A DNA stretch of 64,000 nt from positions 69,960-133,959 of the forward strand of contig JAAXWF010000003.1 in assembly GCA_013335095.1 (NCBI GenBank), in the 5' to 3' direction. Both the position numbers and the translations under genes were made by a program. The notes beneath the pieces are model-generated. The model was given only the letters and a program-made list of their open reading frames with translations. It was not told where the DNA came from and did not search any database. Position 1 is the first letter of the stretch, and each line of letters opens with the position of its first letter. Shown here one piece after another: positions 49,872 through 58,273 of the stretch. This DNA comes from a candidate division WWE3 bacterium. GTDB lineage: Bacteria; Patescibacteriota; 4484-211; GCA-002791395.

Positions 49872-49911
49872 GGCCGGCACTCCGAAAGGGATGCCGGCCT
49901 TTTCTTTTTTT
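49872..49911 (+). terminator. rho-independent terminator (8-bp GC stem + U-run)
   Basis: ggccggca-ctccgaaaggga-tgccggcc-ttttcttttttt. Confidence 0.65.
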
Positions 49912-50761
49912 ACTCCATTGAATTAGGAACTATCACGTGAACAATACGTACACCAAAGTGTTTCAGTATTGTTTGACCATCGAGCATTGCATAGCCATCT
50001 GCATAGTACATCGTCCGAATGCCTGAGCATCCGATTAACTTTGCACACGCTGGGCAGGGAAATGTACTTACATAGAGATGGCTTCCTTTTGTCCGAAATC
50101 CATCTCTAGCTGCCATTGCGATTACATACGCTTCGGCATGAATTGCCGTGGTTAGATCAACATGCACTGCTTTATACAATGCATTACGCGGATCCCCGTC
50201 ACTATATGGGGTAAGTGGATGCGGGAGGTGACGGTTAAACCCCGTGATGAGTATTTGTCCTCGCGGGGAGACCAATACCGCTCCTACCTGACGCCACCAA
50301 TCCGAAGATTGATGCGCCGCTTTTTGTGCCCGCCCAAGCAGTTCAACATGACAAGCCTCTGCCGTGATGACTTGATCCGGTATAACCTCTTGTTCGGTAA
50401 CCGTACGCCGTTTATCCCATCGCAAAAAGATCGCCGAATAGATGGTCTGATTACGTTTGAAGTACTGGTGCGCCAATTGATGACACACATCTTCGTCGGG
50501 CATCACTATCAGTGAGGCTTGCATTGCTAGTTCCCGAAGACCGTCCTCATCGATTACACGAACGCTTGGTATGATCCCGATGACTCGTAGCGCATCAGCA
50601 ATCATATGGGGCGTGAGTGACCGAATCTCTTTGGCCAGGTAATCAAACTGATCAATTAACTCTTGTGAGATGATACAGAGTTGATCAGCATCAGCGTGGC
50701 ATTTAAGTAGATCGATATATCCACGATGAAGTATGGGGATATAGGCTACGATGACCTTCAT
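49910..50761 (-). CDS. dCMP / deoxycytidylate deaminase with ~130-aa N-terminal extension of unknown function
   Basis: Zinc motifs HAE and PCPAC in the C-terminal half. N-terminal half unassigned. Confidence 0.6.
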   Translation of the reverse strand: MKVIVAYIPILHRGYIDLLKCHADADQLCIISQELIDQFDYLAKEIRSLTPHMIADALRVIGIIPSVRVIDEDGLRELAMQASLIVMPDEDVCHQLAHQYFKRNQTIYSAIFLRWDKRRTVTEQEVIPDQVITAEACHVELLGRAQKAAHQSSDWWRQVGAVLVSPRGQILITGFNRHLPHPLTPYSDGDPRNALYKAVHVDLTTAIHAEAYVIAMAARDGFRTKGSHLYVSTFPCPACAKLIGCSGIRTMYYADGYAMLDGQTILKHFGVRIVHVIVPNSME

Positions 50762-51336
50762 CCATCACCCCCTACGAGTTGATCGATTTGTTGGGTTAGT
50801 TGTGCCAACAAATCCTTGATTTGGCTGGCTAGCGTAACATGCATCATCCGTATCCTGGCGGTTGTCGATGTGGTCGCCTGCGATTCGATTACCTCAATTG
50901 CGCCACAAAACTGCAGTAACTCAGCCAATTCATCTTCTGAGTATGCAGTTCTTCGAGATACCACGAGAACATCTGGCTTTACTGCGCGAATAAGTCCCCA
51001 ACGAACTTCTTCGGCTGGTTTGATATACACCAGTGTTACCGATCGCAAAAAACACAGCATCGTTACCCGTTCCTGTTCGGGAACTATCGGACGATGTGGT
51101 CCTTTGCGTTTTTTAATCCGCTCATCGCTATCGACCCCGACGATAAGCGCATCACCGAGTGCATGCGCTCGTTCAAGATATAGTCCATGACCCCAATGTA
51201 TGAGATCCCACGAACCTGATGTGAGAACGATCCGACATCCCAGTGTCCGTAGGGCTGACACTTTCGCAATAACGTCGTCAAGTGACGTACATACGCGACG
51301 TTCTGGTTCAGATCCAGCTCCAAATACATCGCCCAT
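50758..51336 (-). CDS. cytidylyltransferase-like nucleotidyltransferase (TagD / RfaE-domain-II-like, HxGH)
   Basis: TSGSWDLIHWGHGLYLERAHALGDALIVGVDSDE matches the (H/T)xGH nucleotidyltransferase fold. ATG at 51336 has SD aggagga. ATGA overlap with the deaminase. Confidence 0.6.
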   Translation of the reverse strand: MGDVFGAGSEPERRVCTSLDDVIAKVSALRTLGCRIVLTSGSWDLIHWGHGLYLERAHALGDALIVGVDSDERIKKRKGPHRPIVPEQERVTMLCFLRSVTLVYIKPAEEVRWGLIRAVKPDVLVVSRRTAYSEDELAELLQFCGAIEVIESQATTSTTARIRMMHVTLASQIKDLLAQLTQQIDQLVGGDG

Positions 51337-51534
51337 GGCAAATCCTCCTGTTGTCTTCCAATGATCGGGTGGGCAGAGTGGGTATACTTTAGCCGATGTT
51401 ATTATAATGATCAATCGTCATTTGAGCCTTTATATCGGTATTTTAGTTGGACTCTTTCGCCGAGGCTCTTGTACCGTGGAAAACTAGTGTTTGTTTTCGA
51501 TCGAATCTGTACTAATATCAATACTAGAACGCGC

Positions 51535-53211
51535 ATGGCGAAATATATTTTTGTAACTGGCGGTGTCCTATCAGGACTTGGCAAAGGCATAACAGCCGCA
51601 TCTCTTGCGCTTTTACTTAAATCCCGAGGCTATACTATAACTGCAGCAAAATGTGACATGTATCTCAATGTAGATGCAGGTACGATGAACCCATTAGAAC
51701 ATGGAGAAGTGTTTGTGACTCAAGATGGTTTAGAGACTGATCAAGACTTAGGACATTACGAACGGTTCCTCTCAACTATGCTAACGCGAGATAATTACAT
51801 GACCAACGGTCAAATTTATTGGGAAGTACTACAAAAAGAACGTGCTCTTGAATATGGTGGGAAATGCGTTCAGCCGTATCACCATATACCTCCGGTTATC
51901 ATTAATCATTTGAATAAGGCTATACACGAACATCACGCCGATATTATTTTAGTCGAATTAGGCGGAACCGTTGGTGAATATGAAGGACTTTTATTTCTAG
52001 AAACAATCAGACGACTTAAAAGACAGTATCCCGGTGATGTCGCGCTGGTTCATGTTGGATATTTGCCTGCCCCAGCATCAATTGGTGAATTAAAGTCGAA
52101 ACCACTCCAACAATCAGTCACGCAACTTAATGCCGTTGGGCTCGAACCTGATTTTATTATTGCCCGAGCAGCTAAACCCATCGATCATATCCGTAAAGAA
52201 AAGATCGCCTTAGCAGCAGGACTACCGGTTGAACACATTATTTCAAATCCAGATGTAAAAAGTATCTATGAAGTTCCGTTGATCTTAAAAGAACAACATT
52301 TCGATGAGATCGTCCTTGATCGTCTTAATCTAAAACATAAGAAAAGTGATTTAAAGGATTGGGAGCATTTAGTGAGGCGAATAAAAGCCGATAAACCCGA
52401 AATCAAGATTGCGATGGTGGGGAAGTATCAGACAACAGGTGATTATACCCTTGAAGATGCGTACGTGTGTGTAGTTGAAGCACTAAAACATGCCGGTTGG
52501 GCTCAGGGTGTATCGCCAAAACTGACCTGGATTGATGCCGAAAAACTGCAAGAAAGTACGCCATCTCAAGTTGATGAAATATTAAAGGATTTTGATGGTA
52601 TGATCGTTCCTCAAGGATGGGGAAGTCGTGGAGTTGAAGGTAAGATTAAAGCGATTGAATATGCCCGCGAACATAAGCTCCCTTACCTCGGACTGTGTTT
52701 TGGAATGCAGATGGCTGTAATTGAGTTTGCCCGCCACGTTGTTGGTCTAACCGGGGCTAATTCAACCGAGGTTAACGATAAAACCAAGTATCCTGTGATT
52801 CACGTGATGCCACACCAAAAAGAGTACTTAGAAAACAAACAGTACGGTGGAACGATCCGCATGGGGCAATGGCCGTGTGTGTTAAAAGAAGGGACTCATC
52901 TGCATGCGGCATATCAGGAAATGTCAAAAGATATTCCCTATGTTGAACGCAAACGTCCGTTAACTGTACTAGAGCGTCATCGTCATCGATATGAGTTTAA
53001 CAACGAATTCAAAAAACAACTTGAGCAAGCGGGACTAATAATTTCGGGTACGTCTCCTGATGGAAAATTAGTTGAATCAGTAGAGCTGCCTACCGATGTC
53101 CATCCTTTTTTTGTTGCAACGCAGTTTCATCCGGAATATCAATCGTGGCCACTTATTCCTAATCCTGTATTTATGGCCTTTATTGAACATGTGCGCACCA
53201 ATTCAAAGTGA
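51535..53211 (+). CDS. pyrG: CTP synthase
   Basis: MAKYIFVTGGVLSGLGKGI N-terminus and glutamine amidotransferase C-terminus (GLCFGMQ). The ORF-track upstream extension is discarded. Confidence 0.9.
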   Translation: MAKYIFVTGGVLSGLGKGITAASLALLLKSRGYTITAAKCDMYLNVDAGTMNPLEHGEVFVTQDGLETDQDLGHYERFLSTMLTRDNYMTNGQIYWEVLQKERALEYGGKCVQPYHHIPPVIINHLNKAIHEHHADIILVELGGTVGEYEGLLFLETIRRLKRQYPGDVALVHVGYLPAPASIGELKSKPLQQSVTQLNAVGLEPDFIIARAAKPIDHIRKEKIALAAGLPVEHIISNPDVKSIYEVPLILKEQHFDEIVLDRLNLKHKKSDLKDWEHLVRRIKADKPEIKIAMVGKYQTTGDYTLEDAYVCVVEALKHAGWAQGVSPKLTWIDAEKLQESTPSQVDEILKDFDGMIVPQGWGSRGVEGKIKAIEYAREHKLPYLGLCFGMQMAVIEFARHVVGLTGANSTEVNDKTKYPVIHVMPHQKEYLENKQYGGTIRMGQWPCVLKEGTHLHAAYQEMSKDIPYVERKRPLTVLERHRHRYEFNNEFKKQLEQAGLIISGTSPDGKLVESVELPTDVHPFFVATQFHPEYQSWPLIPNPVFMAFIEHVRTNSK

Positions 53212-53239
53212 TTTTTCAATACATTAATAGCGGAAGTTT

Positions 53240-53449
53240 TTACGCTCCGGCAGTTAGCCGAATTCCTAGAAATGAAGCAACAATAACAACGATTAGAAAA
53301 GCGATTAATAGCTTTAAAATAAGTGAAGAAACGACTTTAAGAAATGATAACAACGTAACCGTAATCGAGAATACGACGATCAAGATAATTAAATATCGTG
53401 GAGTTAGTAAAATCGGTAAAACCGTTTGGAAAAATGTTGATAATGTCAT
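53240..53449 (-). CDS. possible small two-TM membrane protein (69 aa)
   Basis: Two strongly hydrophobic segments; weak SD. Could be spurious in an AT-rich spacer. Confidence 0.2.
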   Translation of the reverse strand: MTLSTFFQTVLPILLTPRYLIILIVVFSITVTLLSFLKVVSSLILKLLIAFLIVVIVASFLGIRLTAGA

Positions 53450-53487
53450 AACCTTTATTCTATAGTATAACGCGATGGCTCGAATGA

Positions 53488-53976
53488 TTAAAGCTGTGCC
53501 GGATGCATTCCACCTGCTAAACGTAATCTAAGTGCACCGAGTTGTAACAGTGATTCCGGTGCTAATCGAGATTTAACCGAACCGTCTTTATCCTGGTCGA
53601 TCAAGAATCCGAGATGTCTAATTGCGTGAATGACTACGTCTTGTTGTTTTAAATTTGCTGGGCGGGGGATAATCGGATTGGTTTGTTCAATCGCGGTAAA
53701 TTGCTCGAATTCAAGGGAATCGTTCGGCTCGATGGTGATAGCATCACAATAAATGAGATACGTAATGATGATCTGATTGGGATTTTCGAATCGCCAACTC
53801 GTTGAATGAACAATTGCTTTTTGTAGATTTAGACCTGGTATTGTTTGGGTGGCTAGCCATTGATGAACGGTATCGTCCGGATTTTGCGGGGTATTAGTTG
53901 TATCAAGTGGTGTTATGCGATATCGAATGGTTCTCTCGATTAATGTCGCGACTATACATTCAATGATCGTGTTCAT
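53488..53976 (-). CDS. hypothetical protein
   Basis: ORF trimmed to ATG at 53976, because the ORF-track start runs into tRNA-Leu. Confidence 0.35.
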   Translation of the reverse strand: MNTIIECIVATLIERTIRYRITPLDTTNTPQNPDDTVHQWLATQTIPGLNLQKAIVHSTSWRFENPNQIIITYLIYCDAITIEPNDSLEFEQFTAIEQTNPIIPRPANLKQQDVVIHAIRHLGFLIDQDKDGSVKSRLAPESLLQLGALRLRLAGGMHPAQL

Positions 53977-53985
53977 GAATTTAAG

Positions 53986-54072
53986 TGGTGCCGGAGGAGA
54001 GACTCGAACTCTCACGGGTTTTGAATCCATCGGATTTTAAGTCCGACGCGTCTGCCATTCCGCCACTCCGGC
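53986..54072 (-). tRNA. tRNA-Leu (anticodon UAA), CCA encoded
   Basis: Cloverleaf folded by hand: acceptor GCCGGAG/CTCCGGC, anticodon loop CUUAAAA, long variable arm, T-loop TTCGAGT, 3' ACCA. Confidence 0.85.
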
Positions 54073-54128
54073 TTATAAAACGTACCCCTGTATTGTATCA
54101 GACTTGCCCAGAATGTGGAGTATGCGCA

Positions 54129-54791
54129 CTATTTTTCTGAGGTCGTTGCGGGCGTTTCAAGGGGGATATTTTTAGATACACGTGAAATTGAACTGTTTGG
54201 AATAATATGAATGGCTTTATCGGGTGATTCAATGATCGTGGTACGTAAATTGACCTGTTTTACAACGCCTTTAACCCCGGCGATATCGACTACGTCGCCA
54301 ATGTTATATTGATTTTCCAAAATCATAAAAAAACCGGTTACAACATCCTGGACTAGCTTTTGAGATCCGAATCCTACCGCCAGTCCAACGACTCCGGCAC
54401 TGGTAATAATTGGCGCAATATTTACACCCCATTCGGCTAACGCCATAACAAATACAATTCCCCATACCAGAACAGCCGCGGCGTTGCCCATAATGCTTTT
54501 TAGTGTATGTAAACGAGGCGATATTGTGGTCGATGATCCGACACCGTCATTGATCCGTTTAAGAAGTCGGGATATTGAGGTATTTATTATTTGAATCGCA
54601 ATATACCCGGCAACCAAATATACCGAGGTTTTTATCAGTTTATTCGTATACACGGGCAGTTCAGCCATCAGTATTGTCGCGTTTTGTTGTAGTAATGCGG
54701 TATCTATTGGCTTCATGTACCCCTCTATTGTACTGTTTCTGGCAAGAAATTGGTATGTTCGGAGATTTTTAACCGTATAATTATAAGTCAA
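54129..54791 (-). CDS. small-conductance mechanosensitive channel (MscS family)
   Basis: Three TM helices followed by MscS beta domain (…GDVVDIAGVKGVVKQVNLRTTIIESPDKAIHIIPNS). Confidence 0.65.
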   Translation of the reverse strand: MTYNYTVKNLRTYQFLARNSTIEGYMKPIDTALLQQNATILMAELPVYTNKLIKTSVYLVAGYIAIQIINTSISRLLKRINDGVGSSTTISPRLHTLKSIMGNAAAVLVWGIVFVMALAEWGVNIAPIITSAGVVGLAVGFGSQKLVQDVVTGFFMILENQYNIGDVVDIAGVKGVVKQVNLRTTIIESPDKAIHIIPNSSISRVSKNIPLETPATTSEK

Positions 54792-55297
54792 TGAACATGT
54801 ATGGGTACGCTTTTTATCGACGAAATAGTGGTTGTCGGCTGTTATATTCCCTGACAGGTTTTGACTACCGGTGTCTTATATTTGGCGAAAAATCTTTGCA
54901 TACCTTTATTAACCGACTAATCACTGATCAACCAGATTATGTTATTGGATTTGGGGTGTACGGCGGCCGTGATCAGGATAAGCTCAGGATTGAAACTGTA
55001 TGTCGGAACACTTTTGGCCGTAAACCGGTTATCGAAGGCGGACCGCCTGAGTTACTGATGAAGCCGTTTATTCATCCGACATTAAATCTTAAGAATGCCA
55101 AGTGGATGGGAAATTCGTGGTGTAATCGGAGTTCGTACGAAATTACTAATCAAAAGGCACGCGGACAATTATCGTCGGCATTCACATTCATTCATGTACC
55201 TAAAAAGATAACCGAGGGACATATCTATGACCTACAATCTCAGATCGATTCATTATTACAGGGGGAGTTCGTTATTCCGGCAGAAGGCGTTCTATAA
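54791..55297 (+). CDS. hypothetical protein
   Basis: ORF only. Confidence 0.3.
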   Translation: MNMYGYAFYRRNSGCRLLYSLTGFDYRCLIFGEKSLHTFINRLITDQPDYVIGFGVYGGRDQDKLRIETVCRNTFGRKPVIEGGPPELLMKPFIHPTLNLKNAKWMGNSWCNRSSYEITNQKARGQLSSAFTFIHVPKKITEGHIYDLQSQIDSLLQGEFVIPAEGVL

Positions 55298-55832
55298 GGT
55301 TAAATTCTTGTTCGCAGCCGGGATATTGAACGGTACGTTTTTTCCCGTTTAAATTTACATAATAGGTAGCCGAATAGTCCATGACGACTGGGGCGTCGCA
55401 CTGCTTATCGAGTATATTTTGTTGTGAAATGGTCGTTTTAATCTGTTCGAGTGTTTGTGAAGATAGGGCTTTTTGACGTCTGTTGTATCCGTCATAAATT
55501 AATCGTCCATCTGTATATACGGTCGTGGTTTGGCTGCATGCACTTGGATTTTCACTACAATCACCGTTTGGCGTCTTGCCCCATGATTCACTTTTTTGAA
55601 AGATAATATCGTCGGTTGGTGTTATTGGGTTTTGATTTTGGTTGTTGTTTTGAGATGCCATTCGTCGGCCAAGTAGATACCCTCCGATACTAAAGATAAT
55701 CGCGCACACCACCGCTACGCGGACTAAGTTCGTCACATTTATTGCTGAGATGTTCATGAATGCTGGTTCAGCAGGTGATGTTTTGGGTAGGGAGTTTTTC
55801 TTTTTAGGACGTGTCGGGTTTTTTACCGGCAT
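55272..55832 (-). CDS. hypothetical membrane-anchored protein (signal-anchor, 6 Cys ectodomain)
   Basis: Basic N-terminus, single TM helix, Q/N-rich linker. Confidence 0.35.
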   Translation of the reverse strand: MPVKNPTRPKKKNSLPKTSPAEPAFMNISAINVTNLVRVAVVCAIIFSIGGYLLGRRMASQNNNQNQNPITPTDDIIFQKSESWGKTPNGDCSENPSACSQTTTVYTDGRLIYDGYNRRQKALSSQTLEQIKTTISQQNILDKQCDAPVVMDYSATYYVNLNGKKRTVQYPGCEQEFNLIERLLPE

Positions 55833-55983
55833 GGGTTTAGTCTAACCAAAGATATCTAATGAGGCAAGTTTTAAATTGATCTGATCGGGTAGGCAGTTGG
55901 TGTCAATGCGAATAATATGGGTAAGGATGGCGTTATATACAAACACCGCATTATTTATCTGCTGTGGTGGCAGATACTGCTTT

Positions 55984-56427
55984 TTAGGCTTTAATTGCAA
56001 TTGATTGAATATGCGAAACGGTGATCCAGGCTGCCATCGAGCCAAATCCCGCTTTATTAATAAAAAAGGGATGCACGTCGCGTACGTTGGAGAGAAATAT
56101 CAGGATACAGTATCTTTTACTACTAAATAAGTTTATGTAATGTCCAAGTTGATCGTCTGATATCCCGTCGGCTTTTCCGTATTCGGCAAGAATTTGGGTA
56201 ACTTTTTGGGGGGCTAGGTCTTCAAACTGGATAACGCGCGATACGCTTGCCGCAAGCTTCACTGGTTCTCCGGTATCTTTAAAATAAATCGTGTCTCCTG
56301 ATTCGACCTCGTTCCATGGGCGATAGCGGTGTTTGTACCAGCGTGATTCGATCTGTTTTTCACCAGAACGGATCTTTTCGGTTAACCCCCATGACTTGTT
56401 CATTATTGCGACATGATCGCGTGGCAT
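55984..56427 (-). CDS. ASCH-domain (PUA-like) protein
   Basis: IRSGEKQIESRW matches the ASCH G(E/K)KT.E.R motif. Confidence 0.45.
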   Translation of the reverse strand: MPRDHVAIMNKSWGLTEKIRSGEKQIESRWYKHRYRPWNEVESGDTIYFKDTGEPVKLAASVSRVIQFEDLAPQKVTQILAEYGKADGISDDQLGHYINLFSSKRYCILIFLSNVRDVHPFFINKAGFGSMAAWITVSHIQSIAIKA

Positions 56428-56444
56428 CGTAACGATAGTATAGT

Positions 56445-56951
56445 ATGAAGGGTGATATGGCTAAACCAGCATTTTCGATAGCGCGTATTGATGAACGGAT
56501 CAAGACTTTGTGGCCGTCTGCTTCTCCTACCGTGGCGGCACAATGGGCGATTGACTGTACTGTTCGTGTGTTGCCGTTTTTTGAACAGGAGTATCCAAAC
56601 GATACTCGGCCACGTCAGGCTCTTGCTGCACTCACGCAGTGGATGAATACCGGCGTATTTAAGATGGCCGTTATACGTACCGCGTCGCTTGATTCACATG
56701 CCGCGGCGCGCGAAGTTGGCAATGATACTCCCGCCCGATCAGCGGCTCGTTCTGCAGGACAAACGTGTGCAACGGCTCATGTTAAAGATCATGCAATTGC
56801 CGCAGCGATGTATGCTCAGCAGGCATTGTTTCGGAGCGCGCTACCAGAGCTGTCATTGGATTTGGTCGCCAGCGAACGAGAGTGGCAGTATGAGCATTTG
56901 TGTGAGCTTATTCGTGTATCACCAGCGGATGCTGTCTCTACTGACAAATAG
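56445..56951 (+). CDS. alpha-helical hypothetical protein, Imm5-like putative immunity-protein family
   Basis: W..DC..RVLP.FE….D.RPRQA motif recalled from putative-immunity-protein families. GC higher than neighbours. Confidence 0.35.
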   Translation: MKGDMAKPAFSIARIDERIKTLWPSASPTVAAQWAIDCTVRVLPFFEQEYPNDTRPRQALAALTQWMNTGVFKMAVIRTASLDSHAAAREVGNDTPARSAARSAGQTCATAHVKDHAIAAAMYAQQALFRSALPELSLDLVASEREWQYEHLCELIRVSPADAVSTDK

Positions 56952-56986
56952 AATTTCTGGTAAAAATAGCGTAGTATACGTACATC

Positions 56987-57265
56987 ATGGCGCACACTTC
57001 ACGCGAAGAATTACTCAAAAAGCTAGAACATGCTAAATCTATGGTCGAGATTGGGGCTGAGTATCAACATGTGAAGTCGGGAGGTCGGTATGTGGTGACC
57101 GATATCGTTATTCGCGAAGACAACGAAGAGATTCGGGTTATTTATCAGGAGTTAGAGCATACTCCAACAATCAGTTGGGATCGTTCGTTTGATGGTACCG
57201 ATGGTTGGATTGTGCCGACCGAAGTTGATGGTAAAGAATCTCCCCGGTTTGTTCGTTGTGCATAG
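56987..57265 (+). CDS. DUF1653-like small protein
   Basis: Y.HVKSGG.Y.V….E…I..YQ.L pattern. Confidence 0.4.
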   Translation: MAHTSREELLKKLEHAKSMVEIGAEYQHVKSGGRYVVTDIVIREDNEEIRVIYQELEHTPTISWDRSFDGTDGWIVPTEVDGKESPRFVRCA

Positions 57266-57978
57266 GTCTTGTTTATCTTTATTATTTCTTGGTTTACAAT
57301 TTAGCGCAGATGGATTTTTCAACCGATGAGAAATTGATTGTGCGCCAGTCGCTCGAGGTCTATGCGGCGATTATTTGTGTTTGGATTGTGTTGTGGATTA
57401 TTAAGTCGCCAATTAATGATCCGAGTACGTTTTTAGGGAGTTCTTTAGGTGGGGTGTTATTTTGGACGGTTGCGAAGGTGATTGTGTGGATTTTGCCGTC
57501 GCTGTATTTGATTCGTTTTTCTAATCGTACGGTTGGTGATGTGTTTAATGTTACGGCCTGGCGTCAGTGGCTTGTGTGGGGAGTTGGGAGTGGGATGCTC
57601 GTTGCGATTATTAATACGATTCCTAAGATTATGGCGAACCAGCCGCTTGTGCCGCCGCATTTTGCCATTTCGTATATGAGTGCAGGATTTATTACGCCGA
57701 TTTTGGAGGAGTTTTTTATGCGTGGCGCGTTGATGGGGAATATGCAAAAACAGTTTTCTTTTTGGAAGGCGAATGTGATTACGTCGGTGTTATTTTTAGG
57801 GCTTCATTTACCGGGATGGTATTTTATGGGAACGTTGGTTGATAATTTTACCAAACCAATTGGAGGTGCGTTTTCGATCTTTTTACTTGGGTTATTGTTT
57901 GGATACGTGACTCACAAAGGTAAATCTGTCTTGGCCGGTACGATTGTTCATAGTTTAAATAATTTGACGGTGGGGTAA
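57256..57978 (+). CDS. CPBP-family intramembrane metalloprotease (CAAX protease / Abi-like)
   Basis: EEFFMRG (EExxxR), FLGLH (FxxxH) and HSLNN (HxxxN) motifs. Multi-TM. Confidence 0.7.
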   Translation: MCIGLVYLYYFLVYNLAQMDFSTDEKLIVRQSLEVYAAIICVWIVLWIIKSPINDPSTFLGSSLGGVLFWTVAKVIVWILPSLYLIRFSNRTVGDVFNVTAWRQWLVWGVGSGMLVAIINTIPKIMANQPLVPPHFAISYMSAGFITPILEEFFMRGALMGNMQKQFSFWKANVITSVLFLGLHLPGWYFMGTLVDNFTKPIGGAFSIFLLGLLFGYVTHKGKSVLAGTIVHSLNNLTVG

Positions 57979-58273
57979 TTGTACAAGGAGGCATTCCCGC
58001 GAGACGAAACCCTTTGGTAGCCCTCCAATCGTGATAATATCAATTATACCAATCAAATAAAAATCATTAAGTTGTACGATGATTTCCTCTAGATGGGCAC
58101 AGCTGCGACCATGCCATAACTATCAGATAGAAAAGCAAAAAAAGTAGGGCTAGTATATGCTAGAATCATGCTACCGAATGGTCTTTGTAGTGAAAGTACC
58201 TTTTAAGGGAGCAAATGTTGGCACAGTAATGTGATCCATCTTTGCTACATGGACCGCCTAGGATTAAACCAAT

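Larger units (their letters stand above)
49268..49911 (+). ncRNA. candidate ~640-nt structured noncoding RNA containing three tandem ~80-nt repeat modules
   Basis: Bounded by a consensus promoter and a strong intrinsic terminator. No credible ORF in any frame. Dense stem-loops, with compensatory base changes between repeats. Confidence 0.45.

Noticed and set aside
49268-49911. Known housekeeping RNAs (RNase P RNA, tmRNA, SRP RNA, 6S) in the orphan noncoding locus
   Set aside because: Looked for P4/GGAA-type RNase P signatures, the tmRNA GGGG… 5' end with GGTTCGA T-arm and tag ORF, and SRP domain IV motifs. None seen by eye. Needs Infernal to be sure.
51361-51534. 58-codon N-terminal extension of pyrG in the ORF track
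   Set aside because: Canonical CTP synthase N-terminus is MAKYIFVTGG at 51535. The extension overlaps the divergent promoter region of the minus-strand nucleotidyltransferase gene.
53977-54030. 5' part of ORF 53488..54030 (MDSKPVRVRVSPPAPLKF…)
   Set aside because: Overlaps tRNA-Leu on the same strand. Trimmed to the internal ATG at 53976.
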